Made by a program: the position numbers and the translations under genes
The notes under the pieces: generated by a model
The model's input: only the letters and a program-made list of their open reading frames with translations
What the model was told of the DNA's origin: nothing
The model's database searches: none
Part shown: positions 54,043 through 64,000 of the stretch, one piece after another
How positions within the stretch are numbered: the first letter of the stretch is position 1
How the letters are laid out: the number at the start of each line of letters is the position of its first letter
Origin: an uncultured candidatus Porisulfidus sp.
Lineage (GTDB): Bacteria; Pseudomonadota; Gammaproteobacteria; Poriferisulfidales; Oxydemutatoraceae
Reading direction: 5' to 3'
Assembly (NCBI GenBank): GCA_965215125.1
Contig: OZ244052.1
Coordinates: 544,001-608,000 of the forward strand
DNA: 64,000 bases

Positions 54043-55065
54043 CTAATGCGGTATTCCGAGTTCGGCAAACAATGCTTGTTCAAACATCTCGTCTATTTGT
54101 AATTGTGTTTCAAGTATCCAAACATCGGCTGCTATTTTATGACCTTGCTCGGCAAGTTCCAGCCATTTCACACCGTCCTTGGCGGTCATTACCACCGGCA
54201 ATTTGTCCTTAAACTTGAAGTCAACCACGCGATAAGCATGATGATCCTTAAAGGCATGTTTGATCGGCAACATGCCGAGCGATTCCAGCGTTTCAAAAAA
54301 ACGCTCGGGATTTGCCAGTGCTGCGCATGCGTGTACACGCTGTCCCTTAAAATAATCGGTCGGGTAATGCTTATCGTAGACCGGCGTATATAAGCTCGTC
54401 GCCTTCAATCGCATACTATAACGATGTCGATGCGATGCTAATTCGTCGTTCTGCTCCGACTTCAAGTCTCCGTTGACAACCACAAACGAAACATTTTTGA
54501 TTCTTGATACCGGCTCCCGCAAAGGACCTGCAGGCAATGCATAACGGTTGCCGAAAGCTCTGCTACCGTCTACTACGGCAACCTCTACCGTTCTTGCCAA
54601 ACTGCGATGCTGTAACCCATCGTCCGACAAAATCAATTCAACGCGATGCCGATCTATCAATAGCTGCGCCGTTTGATTAAGTTTTTTACCGATTGCAAGC
54701 GGGCATCCGGTCTTTTGATAGATGAGCTTAGGTTCGTCGCCCACCACTCGAAACGAAGTATCATTCTTAACTTCTATAGGCGCACCCGTACTCCCCGAGC
54801 CACCGTAGCCGAGGCTTACCACGCCGACCTTAATACCGTACGCTTGAAAACATTCCGCTAAATGGATTACCAGCGGTGTCTTGCCGGTGCCGCCGACGCT
54901 TAGATTACCTATTACGACTACCGGCACCGACAACGGCCGCGGTGTCTTGAACCTATAATAATACGCTCTAAAGGATAGTGCGATGCGATAAAGCAACGAT
55001 AACGGCAACAACGGCCACGCCCAATAACGCGGTGCGTGATACCAAAGGCGGTCGTACCATCTCAA
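54043..55065 (-). CDS. lpxK: Tetraacyldisaccharide 4'-kinase
   Basis: GN..VGGTGKTP, DDGLQH, LPAGPLREP. Confidence 0.96.
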   Translation of the reverse strand: MRWYDRLWYHAPRYWAWPLLPLSLLYRIALSFRAYYYRFKTPRPLSVPVVVIGNLSVGGTGKTPLVIHLAECFQAYGIKVGVVSLGYGGSGSTGAPIEVKNDTSFRVVGDEPKLIYQKTGCPLAIGKKLNQTAQLLIDRHRVELILSDDGLQHRSLARTVEVAVVDGSRAFGNRYALPAGPLREPVSRIKNVSFVVVNGDLKSEQNDELASHRHRYSMRLKATSLYTPVYDKHYPTDYFKGQRVHACAALANPERFFETLESLGMLPIKHAFKDHHAYRVVDFKFKDKLPVVMTAKDGVKWLELAEQGHKIAADVWILETQLQIDEMFEQALFAELGIPH

Positions 55066-56825
55066 GCCGCTATTCTCCGACCGTGTCCGGACATGTAGAG
55101 TTTATGATAGGTCTTCTGTGCGGCGATTAACTCGTCGTGCGTACCTTGCTCTACGATATGTCCTTTTTCCAAGACTACGATGCGATTTGCCAACCTAATC
55201 GTAGAAAAACGATGGGCAATTAAGATCATCGTACATTGATCGGAAATCTTCTCCAATGCCAGTTGAATCATGTTCTCCGACTCTGCGTCTAGTGCCGAGG
55301 TTGCTTCGTCAAAAATGATAATCGGTGCGCGCTTCAACAATGCACGAGCGATTGCGACCCGTTGCCGTTCGCCTCCCGATAAGCGACCGCCGGCATCACC
55401 GATTACGGTGTCAAATCCCTGTGGTAATTTTTTTATGAAATCTATTGCGTACGCTTTTTGCGCAGCTTCTTCTATTTGCGACGGCGAGGCTTGTGTACCG
55501 TATGCAATGTTGTTGGCGACGCTGTCGTTGAACAATACGATATCTTGCCCGGCATAAGCAATTTGTGTGCGTAACTGAGCCAACGATAGTTCTTTTATAT
55601 CATGGCCGTCAAGTTCAATATAACCCTCGCTACACTCATAAAGCCGAGGAAGCAAGCTAACCAAGGTGGATTTACCCGAACCCGAAACACCGACCAATGC
55701 CAATGTCTCTAAAGAAGCAATCTCTAAATTGATATGCGACAACGCCGGCTCGGGATTCTCGGCAAGCGGCTGTGTATACGAAAACGATACATCGACATAG
55801 CGGATGTGTCCTTGCCAACGACGCGCCACATACTTGTCGTTATCCGACTCCGGTTTTATATCCAAAAAATCAAATACGCTCTGCGCTGCAACGATGCCTT
55901 GTTGCAAAATCACATTGACTTGCACTAAACTGCGTACCGGTCTAAATAGCAATATCATCGCAACGATGAAAGAGACGAAAGTCCCCGGCGATACTTTGGG
56001 AAGCAGCTGTTCGGCATTCATCAAATAGACGATTGCCGCCAAACTCAATCCTAAAATCAACATCATAACCGGCGTGCCTATAGACTTGACTGCCGATGTG
56101 CGCATTAAATAGCGGCGCACATTCTCGTTGTTGGCTTCAAAATGTGCGGTTTCGTAATCGTAGCCGTCAAAAATCTTAATCGTGCTGTTGCTTCTAACCG
56201 CCTGCTGCACATTGCCGGTTAAATTAGCCATCAATTCTTGATGACGATGATGCAACGAACGAAAGCGTCTATTAATATAATTCAATATATATATGATAAT
56301 CGGTACCAACACCAACATCAGCAAAGTCAGTTGCCAGCTGATATAAAAAAGCCAAGCCAAGAGACCCAACACCGTCAGCGTATCCCTAACCAGAATCGTC
56401 AACGCCCTAGACGAAGCACTTGCGGTAATGCCGATGTTGTAGATTATCCGTGAAGTCAGCTTGCCCTCGGAGTTTTGATCATAATAAGATGCCGGCAAAC
56501 GCAATATATGGGCGAATGTCTCGGAGCGTAGCTGCTTGACTACATAGTTGCCCACATAATCCATATAGTACGAACCCATGAAACTACCCACACCTCGGGC
56601 AAGCAATACCAATACGATGAGTAAAGGCAACCATTCCAGAAAGACATATTGATCTTCGCTATAAAAACCCTCGTCTATCAAAGGTTTCATCAACATAGCA
56701 AAACCGGTGTCGCTTGCCGCATAAATCAACATCCCCAAAATCGCAATCACAAAATAACGCGAGCGTTGCCAGCTATAACTCAGCAAGCGATAAAAAACGG
56801 CTCTATCTACATCAACATCCTTCAT
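55062..56825 (-). CDS. msbA: Lipid A export ABC transporter MsbA
   Basis: TM domain plus GSGKST, LSGGERQR, DEATSALD; upstream of lpxK. Confidence 0.93.
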   Translation of the reverse strand: MKDVDVDRAVFYRLLSYSWQRSRYFVIAILGMLIYAASDTGFAMLMKPLIDEGFYSEDQYVFLEWLPLLIVLVLLARGVGSFMGSYYMDYVGNYVVKQLRSETFAHILRLPASYYDQNSEGKLTSRIIYNIGITASASSRALTILVRDTLTVLGLLAWLFYISWQLTLLMLVLVPIIIYILNYINRRFRSLHHRHQELMANLTGNVQQAVRSNSTIKIFDGYDYETAHFEANNENVRRYLMRTSAVKSIGTPVMMLILGLSLAAIVYLMNAEQLLPKVSPGTFVSFIVAMILLFRPVRSLVQVNVILQQGIVAAQSVFDFLDIKPESDNDKYVARRWQGHIRYVDVSFSYTQPLAENPEPALSHINLEIASLETLALVGVSGSGKSTLVSLLPRLYECSEGYIELDGHDIKELSLAQLRTQIAYAGQDIVLFNDSVANNIAYGTQASPSQIEEAAQKAYAIDFIKKLPQGFDTVIGDAGGRLSGGERQRVAIARALLKRAPIIIFDEATSALDAESENMIQLALEKISDQCTMILIAHRFSTIRLANRIVVLEKGHIVEQGTHDELIAAQKTYHKLYMSGHGRRIAA

Positions 56826-56830
56826 CGTGC

Positions 56831-57289
56831 TTATTCGTCGTCGCTTATGTTAAGGGCAGCACGAATCATCTCTTCCGAATAACCGCGTTGCCAAAGAAAT
56901 CGCCGCTGTTTAGCAAGTTCCCGAGCATTGCCGGGTTTTTGAGGAAATTTCTTCCGCAGACAAATTCGTGCATTGTGTTGCCAATCGGTATCCGACTCTG
57001 CAAGCATCTGCTCGACGCTTTCGGGATTAAGTTTTTTCTGTAGCAATTCCATTTTGATACGCATAGGACCGTAGAGCCTGTTGATGCGAGAAGTGATAAA
57101 GGATTCTATATAACGCATATCCGAAAGTAAGCCTTCGGCTTCCAGACGATCCAGTACGGCCTCTACGCTAGCTTCATTATATGCTTTGCTCCTAGACAGC
57201 TTGGATTTTAATTCTGCCCTATGGTGCTCTCGCCGGCTTAAATAAGATAGTGCTTTTTTAACTAAGGCAGCCTCGTCGTCCGCCATCAA
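56831..57289 (-). CDS. recX: Regulatory protein RecX
   Basis: LSRREH..EL..KL, YGP.RI..EL, RFL.QRG; follows recA. Confidence 0.92.
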   Translation of the reverse strand: MMADDEAALVKKALSYLSRREHHRAELKSKLSRSKAYNEASVEAVLDRLEAEGLLSDMRYIESFITSRINRLYGPMRIKMELLQKKLNPESVEQMLAESDTDWQHNARICLRKKFPQKPGNARELAKQRRFLWQRGYSEEMIRAALNISDDE

Positions 57290-58371
57290 GCTGTAGAACC
57301 GGCGGTGGTTTTCTTAGAGGGTTCGCCGTTTGTTTTGTCTGCCTTTTCGTCCGTCTCTTTTTCGGCTTCATTCGCCGGTGTATCGCTCAATAGCAGAGTA
57401 CGCAGATTTTTTTCAAGCTCTTCCGCCACTTTAGGGTTCTCTTTTAAGTACATACGCACATTATCCTTGCCTTGTCCTATTTTCTCGTTCTTATAACTAT
57501 ACCAAGAACCCAATTTCTCGACCAAATTATGTTTCACACCCAAATCGATTAACTCGGCATCGTGCGAAATACCCTCTCCGTATCTGATCTCAAAAGTAGC
57601 AACCTTGAACGGCGGTGCCAATTTGTTCTTCACGACTTTAACGCGGGTCTCGTTGCCTACGACCTCGTCGCCTTTTTTGATCTGCCCGGTGCGCCGTATA
57701 TCCAAACGCATTGAAGAATAAAACTTTAATGCATTGCCGCCGGTTGTCGTCTCCGGGTTTCCGAACATCACACCGATTTTCATCCGTATCTGATTGATGA
57801 AAATAACGATTGCTTTTGAGCGTTGGATATTCGCGGTCAACTTACGCAGTGCTTGCGACATTAAACGCGCCTGCAAACCGACATGGGGATCCCCCATATC
57901 GCCCTCTATCTCATTGCGAGGCGTTAATGCGGCAACCGAATCGACAACCACCAAATCAACCGAACCCGAACGTACCAACATGTCGGTGATCTCCAAGCCT
58001 TGCTCGCCGGTATCCGGTTGAGATATCAAAAAATCGTTGATATTGACACCCAACTTGCCGGCGTAGACGGAGTCCAATGCATGCTCGGCATCGACAAAAG
58101 CCGCAGTGCCACCGGCAGCTTGACATTGCGCAACCGCGTGTAATGCAAGCGTCGTTTTGCCCGAGGATTCGGTGCCGAAAATCTCTATAATCCGTCCTTT
58201 GGGAAAACCACCTATACCCAATGCCAAATCCAAAGCGAGAGATCCCGACGGTATCACTTCTATATCGTAAGTCGCCTGCGTATCACCGAGACGCATAATA
58301 GAACCCTTGCCGAACTGCTTATCAATTTGCGCTAGCGCAGTCTCTAACGCTTTTCTACGACCTTCTTCCAC
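57286..58371 (-). CDS. recA: Recombinase RecA
   Basis: [26 protein letters not shown]. Confidence 0.98.
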   Translation of the reverse strand: MEEGRRKALETALAQIDKQFGKGSIMRLGDTQATYDIEVIPSGSLALDLALGIGGFPKGRIIEIFGTESSGKTTLALHAVAQCQAAGGTAAFVDAEHALDSVYAGKLGVNINDFLISQPDTGEQGLEITDMLVRSGSVDLVVVDSVAALTPRNEIEGDMGDPHVGLQARLMSQALRKLTANIQRSKAIVIFINQIRMKIGVMFGNPETTTGGNALKFYSSMRLDIRRTGQIKKGDEVVGNETRVKVVKNKLAPPFKVATFEIRYGEGISHDAELIDLGVKHNLVEKLGSWYSYKNEKIGQGKDNVRMYLKENPKVAEELEKNLRTLLLSDTPANEAEKETDEKADKTNGEPSKKTTAGSTA

Positions 58372-58603
58372 TGTTATTTCTCCTCTGATTTAATGGACTT
58401 GGCTAAGTAAAAACCAATTTTCAAGCTATTCTATACCATAAATAGGCACCTTAAAAATAAAACCGACGAAGCAACCAAAATTTGGGTATGAACTGCATCT
58501 GTAGAGATAGACCCCCCGCTCCACAAACTTCATAATATTAGACCTTAATATCGTTTATGCTATAGTGTAAACATTCTAAAAATATTGATGAAGGAAATAA
58601 ATT

Positions 58604-58837
58604 ATGAAAAAAGAGGAAATGACAATAGACGAAGTTTATAGAGAACTTAAAGACGACATTCAAGGTATGGCGACTAAGCATGACTTGAAGGTTGGCTTGG
58701 ACGAACTCCGTAATGAGTTTAAGGCAGATATGTCAAAGATGCGTACTTGGGTTATTAGCTTGTTTATCGGTGCGGTAGTCATCATGGGAACGCTTGTAGG
58801 AGCGTACGCCAACATGACGATCGCGCTACTCAAATAG
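58604..58837 (+). CDS. Small coiled-coil protein with C-terminal TM (ATK.DL motif, DUF1640/Bdr-like)
   Basis: AAGGA RBS; MATKHDL, heptad pattern, hydrophobic C-terminus. Confidence 0.7.
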   Translation: MKKEEMTIDEVYRELKDDIQGMATKHDLKVGLDELRNEFKADMSKMRTWVISLFIGAVVIMGTLVGAYANMTIALLK

Positions 58838-59059
58838 GATTGCTAAAAAATACTCCATGAAAAATACCTCATAAAATTGTAGAGCAGACATACTGGGCTG
58901 TTGAAAAAGTGCGGACATCGCACAACACCAACCGTCCTGCGCCAACAAATAATGGTTTCCATAAATTGGATGAATAAATGTATAAATCATGCAGATACGA
59001 AACAACCACCCCGTCAGGCTTCGCCTGCCACCCTAAGGGCGGACAGATATATTAAACCC

Positions 59060-59260
59060 TGGCTTATTTGATATAAGATAAACGCTTAGGCAGATGCAGT
59101 GCCTAGGAAGTCGGAGGAGACACGCTGCAGGACGGACGAGGCATTAAAGCCTGATGGTATGAAAAGCACTCCTCCGGCGTTATGACTATAGAGCTCGAAA
59201 GGCAGCTTGGGACTTTAGATCTCGTATTCATCTGTTTGGGCGGCGTAGTCATACTTTCCT
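59060..59260 (+). ncRNA. Putative bridge RNA of IS110-B
   Basis: Two stem-closed internal loops whose strands match the target and donor junctions (see findings); boundaries approximate. Confidence 0.7.
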
Positions 59261-59319
59261 AAACTGTGTTTGATACCTAGTATTTCATTCATTAACCAAC
59301 CCTTATGGAGTAATTTATT

Positions 59320-60294
59320 ATGGAAAACAAACAACCCGTCACGATTGGCGTTGATGTCTCTAAAGACACTTTAGAGGCGGCTCTATTATTCACTGATAAT
59401 AGTTTTGCCGAGCAACAATTTAGTAGTGATGCCCAAGGCATCAAACAGTTGTTAGCTTGGACGAGCAAACACCGCGCACAGCAGTGTCGCATCTGTGTTG
59501 AGGCGACCGGCGGTCTTGAACTAGACCTGTGCATGGCCGGCTATGATGCCGGGCATCCAATCATCGTGGCAGCACCGGTGCTGATCGCTAGATTCCGCGA
59601 CTCGCTCGGCATACGCAGTAAAACCGATCGCGTGGATGCGCGTATCATCGCACGCTTCGTATTTGCTATCCCGCCTGAAAACAATTGGCAAAAGCCCTCA
59701 CCGGCTGTGCAAGCTTTGCGCGACGCACTGAAATGGCGCAGGGAATTAGTCAAGTGTTGTACGATGTTAAGCAATTGCGCTAATACCCTGCGCGATGCGA
59801 AGCAAAAAAAGGTGGCAGCCACTAGCCTGAAGAACCATGAGAAGCAGATCGATAAGATTAATGCCTCAATGGACAAAATCATCGCTCAAGACGAGCACCT
59901 CACACAGCTTCACCAGTTGCTGTGTTCCATTCCTGGAATCGGAACTCAAACTGCGGCTGCCCTGTGTGCAGTACTGGATGATAATACGTTTCGCCATCCA
60001 AAGCAACTCGCCGCCTATATCGGCATCACGCCCAAGCACAAGCAATCCGGCAACTGCGCATCGCCCACGCCCATCTCTAAACAGGGCAATGCCGACCTGC
60101 GCACCCTCCTATTTATGGCAGCACTCTCGGCACGTCGGCATAACCTAACCATCCGTGCATTTGCCGACCAATTAAGTCGGCGGCGTCCGGAGTTAACTAA
60201 AAAGCAGATTATTGTTGCTTGCGCTCATAAGCTCACGCGTATTATTTATGGGGTCACCACGCACAAGCAACCGTTTGACACGAATTATTGTTGA
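59320..60294 (+). CDS. IS110 family DEDD recombinase/transposase
   Basis: IGVDVSK, CVEATG, KTDRVDA, IPGIG, KQSG. Confidence 0.95.
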   Translation: MENKQPVTIGVDVSKDTLEAALLFTDNSFAEQQFSSDAQGIKQLLAWTSKHRAQQCRICVEATGGLELDLCMAGYDAGHPIIVAAPVLIARFRDSLGIRSKTDRVDARIIARFVFAIPPENNWQKPSPAVQALRDALKWRRELVKCCTMLSNCANTLRDAKQKKVAATSLKNHEKQIDKINASMDKIIAQDEHLTQLHQLLCSIPGIGTQTAAALCAVLDDNTFRHPKQLAAYIGITPKHKQSGNCASPTPISKQGNADLRTLLFMAALSARRHNLTIRAFADQLSRRRPELTKKQIIVACAHKLTRIIYGVTTHKQPFDTNYC

Positions 60295-60404
60295 GCATTT
60301 GCGTCCTAAATCGATACTCACAAAAGGAGATAAAAAATGAATAAAACGGCTTGATTTTTAATAAGGCATCATGCAAGTCCGCCCCTACAAGGAGGGGAAT
60401 GGGG

Positions 60405-60914
60405 TCAGAGTTCGGCCAGTAATCGCAAGATACCTTGCATGGCTTCGGCTACGGTTGCGCGCCGAATGTGGTCGCGCGTGCCGGCAAAGTTACAGAGCTG
60501 AATGTGCTGCGTATGGTTGCGCAGTTGCCAGCCGATCCATACCGTGCCGACGGGTTTATCGCGAGTGCCACCGTCGGGTCCGGCGATACCGCTCACCGCC
60601 ACTGCAACATTCGCATCGGCTACTTTCAACAGCGTTTTCTCGAGCATCTGCGATACGACTTCGCGGCTCACCGCACCGTATTCTCGGAGTAGCGATTGAT
60701 CGATGCCGAGTGTGGTTGCTTTCGCCTCAAGACTATAGGTCACTAAGGCGGCACTGAACCATGCAGAGCTTCCGGGTAGGTCGGTACAGGCTTTGGCAAT
60801 CCATCCGCCGGTGCAGGACTCTGCCGTTGCCAGCTTGATATTATGCCTACACAATACGGTTGCGAGCTTTTCGCACATTGTATAGATTGATTTATCGCTT
60901 AAAATATCGGTCAT
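60405..60914 (-). CDS. pncC: CinA C-terminal domain protein / NMN amidohydrolase PncC
   Basis: AESCTGG, GAVS, SGIAGP.GG..KPVGTV; start at MTDIL preferred. Confidence 0.88.
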   Translation of the reverse strand: MTDILSDKSIYTMCEKLATVLCRHNIKLATAESCTGGWIAKACTDLPGSSAWFSAALVTYSLEAKATTLGIDQSLLREYGAVSREVVSQMLEKTLLKVADANVAVAVSGIAGPDGGTRDKPVGTVWIGWQLRNHTQHIQLCNFAGTRDHIRRATVAEAMQGILRLLAEL

Positions 60915-60996
60915 GGCGGTAATCGGGCTTTGGTTATATCCTTTTATAAGCAAATCTATAGACTGTCATTATGCAATAATAAAGAACGAACATTAT

Positions 60997-63561
60997 ATGT
61001 CAAAGACTAAACACACACAGAGCATGCAACAGTATCTGGATATTAAGGCTCAGTATCCTAAGCTACTGTTGCTCTATCAGATGGGCGACTTCTACGAGTT
61101 GTTTTACGACGACGCCGAAAAGGCGGCGCGCTTGCTCGACATCACCCTAACCTCGCGCAACCGTTCCGATAAAGAACCTATTCCGATGGCAGGTGTGCCG
61201 GTACATTCGGTTGAGTCGTATATTGCCAAGCTGGTGCAACGCGGCGAATCGGTAGTGCTATGCAATCAGATAGGCGACCCTAAGACGAGCAAGGGTTTGG
61301 TCGAGCGGCAGGTGGTGCGCATTATCACTCCCGGCACTTTGACCGAAGAAAGCCTGTTGCAAGAAAGAAAAGAAAACTTACTCGTCTCCATACACCGAGA
61401 CAAGGGGAACTACGGCATCGCAACCGTCGAACTCAGCACCGGGAACTTTAGGCTTTGCGAATGCGAGGATATTGCAAGTGTCAACGCCGAACTTGAGCGT
61501 ATGCAACCTTCGGAAATCTTGCTGGCGGAGCATCAAGAATTAGAACTTTCCGTGCCGGCGCAACGAACGATACGTCCGCTCTGGCATTACGCCCACGATT
61601 ATTGTCACCGCATCCTTTGCGAGCAGATGAATACTCGGGATTTAAGCGGTTTCGGCTGTGAGCAACTGCATAGTGCGGTTTGTGCATCGGGCGCATTGCT
61701 TCATTACCTAAAGGAAACCCAAAAAAGCGTACTCCCCCATTTATCCAAATTAAGCGTAGAACATCTGCAAGATTACATCGCAATAGATGCCGAAAGTCGG
61801 GCGTGCCTAGAGATAGACAGCGCACTCTCGGGTCAAGATCGGCACAGCTTGGTTGCGACCTACGATAAAACCGGCTCGGCAATGGGTAGCCGCTGTTTGC
61901 GACGATGGTTCGGGCAGCCGCTTAAGGATCACAAGCGTATCGATAACCGGCTCGATGCGGTTGAATGGCTGATGCAACACGGCGATACCGAGGCGATTGT
62001 GCGGCAATTCAAAAAAATCAGCGATTTGGAGCGTATTATTTCCAGACTCGCTTTATTGACCGCACGCCCCAGAGACTTACTGGGTATGCGCGAAACACTG
62101 GAAATGTTGCCCGACATCAAAGCACTATTGAACAACACCGATGTGCGACTGTTGCAAAGGATCGATGCGATGCTCAATGTCAAGGAAGCCATCACCGAGA
62201 CTTTAGCGAAAGCGATAAAAGATCAACCGCCGGCAACGATACGAGACGGCGGCGTTATCAAAGCCGGCTTTGATGTTAAGTTGGACGAATTACGCACCTT
62301 GAGTAGCCACGGCGACGACTATTTACTCAAGCTGGAAAAAGACGAACAACAACGCAGCGGTTTATCCAATCTACGCCTCGGCTACAACAAAATACACGGC
62401 TACTATATAGAAGTTACCAAAGCACAAAGCCAACATGTCCCTGCCGATTATCAATGTGTGCAAACCTTGAAAAATGCCTCCCGCTTTACCATCCCCGCAT
62501 TGCAGCAATTTCAAGGGCGTATTCTGGCTGCACAGGAACAGGCACTGGCTTACGAAAAAAAACTTTATTTGGAATTATTGCAGAGCTTTGTGCCGGATCT
62601 TGTTTCATTGAAAGAATGTGCGCAAGGTCTTGCAACGTTGGATGTACTCAATAGCCTCGCACGCTGCGCACAGCAGTACCGATATTGCCGACCCGAGTTC
62701 TCGCAGCAGATCGGAATCAAAATCATCGCCGGCAGACACCCCGTTGCAGAACGCACAATGGAAAACGAATTCATTCCCAACGATTTGTATATGGACGAAC
62801 AACGGCGCATATTGATTATTACCGGACCCAATATGGGCGGCAAATCAACCTATATGCGGCAGACCGCATTGATCGTATTGCTCGCTCATATCGGTGCTTA
62901 TATCCCCGCCGACAAAGCCGTCATCGGACCTATAGATCGGATTTTTACGCGCATCGGTGCTTCGGACGACATTTCATCGGGACGGTCTACTTTCATGGTA
63001 GAGATGACCGAAACCGCAAACATATTAAATAATGCAACTCCGCACAGCCTAATCTTAATGGATGAGATCGGGCGCGGTACCAGCACCTTCGACGGCATGA
63101 GTTTGGCTTGGGCATGTGTGGCGTATCTCGCCGAATATAATCGAGCACTCACCTTGTTTGCAAGCCATTATTTTGAATTGACATCGCTAGACCGACACTA
63201 CGAAACTGTGCACAATGTACATATAGATGCGATTGAACACAAGGAGAAGATAATCTTTTTATATAAAGTCAAAGCCGGCCCCGCCAACAAGAGCTACGGA
63301 CTGCAAGTGGCTCGGCTAGCCGGGGTACCCGAAGATGTCATCAAGGTTGCCAAACAAAAGTTACATGGATTGGAGGCACAACAAAAACAAAACAATAACG
63401 ATCCCCAAATCGCATTGGAATTCTCTCAACAAACAACGCAGGTGGTTGAGCCCGAGAAAAAGCTCGCAAACCTAATTTCTGCGCTAGACCTCGATGCGCT
63501 CAGCCCGCGTGAAGCACATGCCAAACTCTATGAAATCAAAAGTGAAGCCGAAAAGATCTAA
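60997..63561 (+). CDS. mutS: DNA mismatch repair protein MutS
   Basis: [33 protein letters not shown]; start at MSKTK. Confidence 0.97.
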   Translation: MSKTKHTQSMQQYLDIKAQYPKLLLLYQMGDFYELFYDDAEKAARLLDITLTSRNRSDKEPIPMAGVPVHSVESYIAKLVQRGESVVLCNQIGDPKTSKGLVERQVVRIITPGTLTEESLLQERKENLLVSIHRDKGNYGIATVELSTGNFRLCECEDIASVNAELERMQPSEILLAEHQELELSVPAQRTIRPLWHYAHDYCHRILCEQMNTRDLSGFGCEQLHSAVCASGALLHYLKETQKSVLPHLSKLSVEHLQDYIAIDAESRACLEIDSALSGQDRHSLVATYDKTGSAMGSRCLRRWFGQPLKDHKRIDNRLDAVEWLMQHGDTEAIVRQFKKISDLERIISRLALLTARPRDLLGMRETLEMLPDIKALLNNTDVRLLQRIDAMLNVKEAITETLAKAIKDQPPATIRDGGVIKAGFDVKLDELRTLSSHGDDYLLKLEKDEQQRSGLSNLRLGYNKIHGYYIEVTKAQSQHVPADYQCVQTLKNASRFTIPALQQFQGRILAAQEQALAYEKKLYLELLQSFVPDLVSLKECAQGLATLDVLNSLARCAQQYRYCRPEFSQQIGIKIIAGRHPVAERTMENEFIPNDLYMDEQRRILIITGPNMGGKSTYMRQTALIVLLAHIGAYIPADKAVIGPIDRIFTRIGASDDISSGRSTFMVEMTETANILNNATPHSLILMDEIGRGTSTFDGMSLAWACVAYLAEYNRALTLFASHYFELTSLDRHYETVHNVHIDAIEHKEKIIFLYKVKAGPANKSYGLQVARLAGVPEDVIKVAKQKLHGLEAQQKQNNNDPQIALEFSQQTTQVVEPEKKLANLISALDLDALSPREAHAKLYEIKSEAEKI

Positions 63562-64000
63562 GCCTAAAAATTCTATTTTCGGTTGGATTTTATTTGTTTC
63601 GACGGTGTTGTTCGCCATTGCTGCCCTACTCAGTGCTGCGGCGCGATGGTTTATACACGATATAGAGCAATATCGTGGAATGATTGTCTCGCAGATTTCC
63701 GATACATTCGGGTTAGACGCTTCTATAACCGAAATTGAGGGACGGGTGGATTTGATCAATCCGATTATTTACGCACGGCAAGTGGAACTCTCAAACCCCG
63801 AGGCTTCGACGCCGCCACTGATAGTTGAACAAATGGAAGTCGTGATAGATTTATTCGGCTCATTACTCAATGCCGAACCGCGTTTTCATTCGCTACGGAT
63901 GGCAGGTATAGAACTTGCAATATCCACCGATGTAGAAAATAAATTATTACGCCTGCCGCAGATTGACCGAGAATTCTCTATGCCCGAAAGACAATTTAAC
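63530..64000 (+). CDS. YhdP/AsmA-like protein, N-terminal part (runs off the window)
   Basis: Open frame to the window end: TM segment, then R.FI.DIEQYR..I...IS..G....I..IEG and IDLFGSLL, typical of YhdP; start uncertain. Confidence 0.65.
   Translation, partial: MKSKVKPKRSKPKNSIFGWILFVSTVLFAIAALLSAAARWFIHDIEQYRGMIVSQISDTFGLDASITEIEGRVDLINPIIYARQVELSNPEASTPPLIVEQMEVVIDLFGSLLNAEPRFHSLRMAGIELAISTDVENKLLRLPQIDREFSMPERQFN

Larger units (their letters stand above)
59044..60371 (+). mobile_element. IS110-family element with 5' non-coding end (IS110-B)
   Basis: CA core at 59044-45 and 60370-71; no TIR; removal restores the hairpin GGGCGGACATGCAAGTCCGCCC inside a REP (59005-59045 + 60372-60400). Confidence 0.88.

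Noticed and set aside
58372-58603. LexA box upstream of recA
   Set aside because: No CTGT-N8-ACAG match seen; a different LexA motif cannot be excluded.
1-64000. tRNA, rRNA or prophage genes
   Set aside because: None recognised by eye; tRNAscan-SE or Infernal would be needed to exclude small RNAs.

Overview
Chromosomal window of a bacterium, most likely a gammaproteobacterium (inferred from gene content and order). The richness in TPR proteins, Rpn nucleases, R-M genes and IS elements resembles marine host-associated symbionts; this is inference only. Layout: tldD end and pmbA (1-1.4 kb); a 21-kb accessory island with four TPR genes, an AAA/DUF4143 ATPase, an IS110 element, two Rpn nucleases and Mrr + type III R-M (1.4-22.6 kb); the complete str-S10-spc-alpha ribosomal cluster on the minus strand (22.7-40.4 kb); an IS481/IS3 nest around a 13-repeat TPR lipoprotein (40.5-46.6 kb); then purB, a Gld-like ABC system, kdsB-ycaR-lpxK-msbA, recX-recA, a second IS110, cinA/pncC, mutS and the start of yhdP. 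Most notable result: a dispersed palindromic REP-like family is the landing site of two different IS110-family recombinase elements. One has its non-coding RNA region downstream (IS1111-type) and the other upstream. Removing either element reconstructs the same GTAG hairpin, with 2-bp cores 13 nt apart. Candidate bridge-RNA target and donor guide loops and circle-junction promoters can be read by eye. An orphan 49-nt exact copy of part of one putative target-binding loop lies upstream of the str operon. All RNA structure calls are manual and need computational and experimental confirmation.
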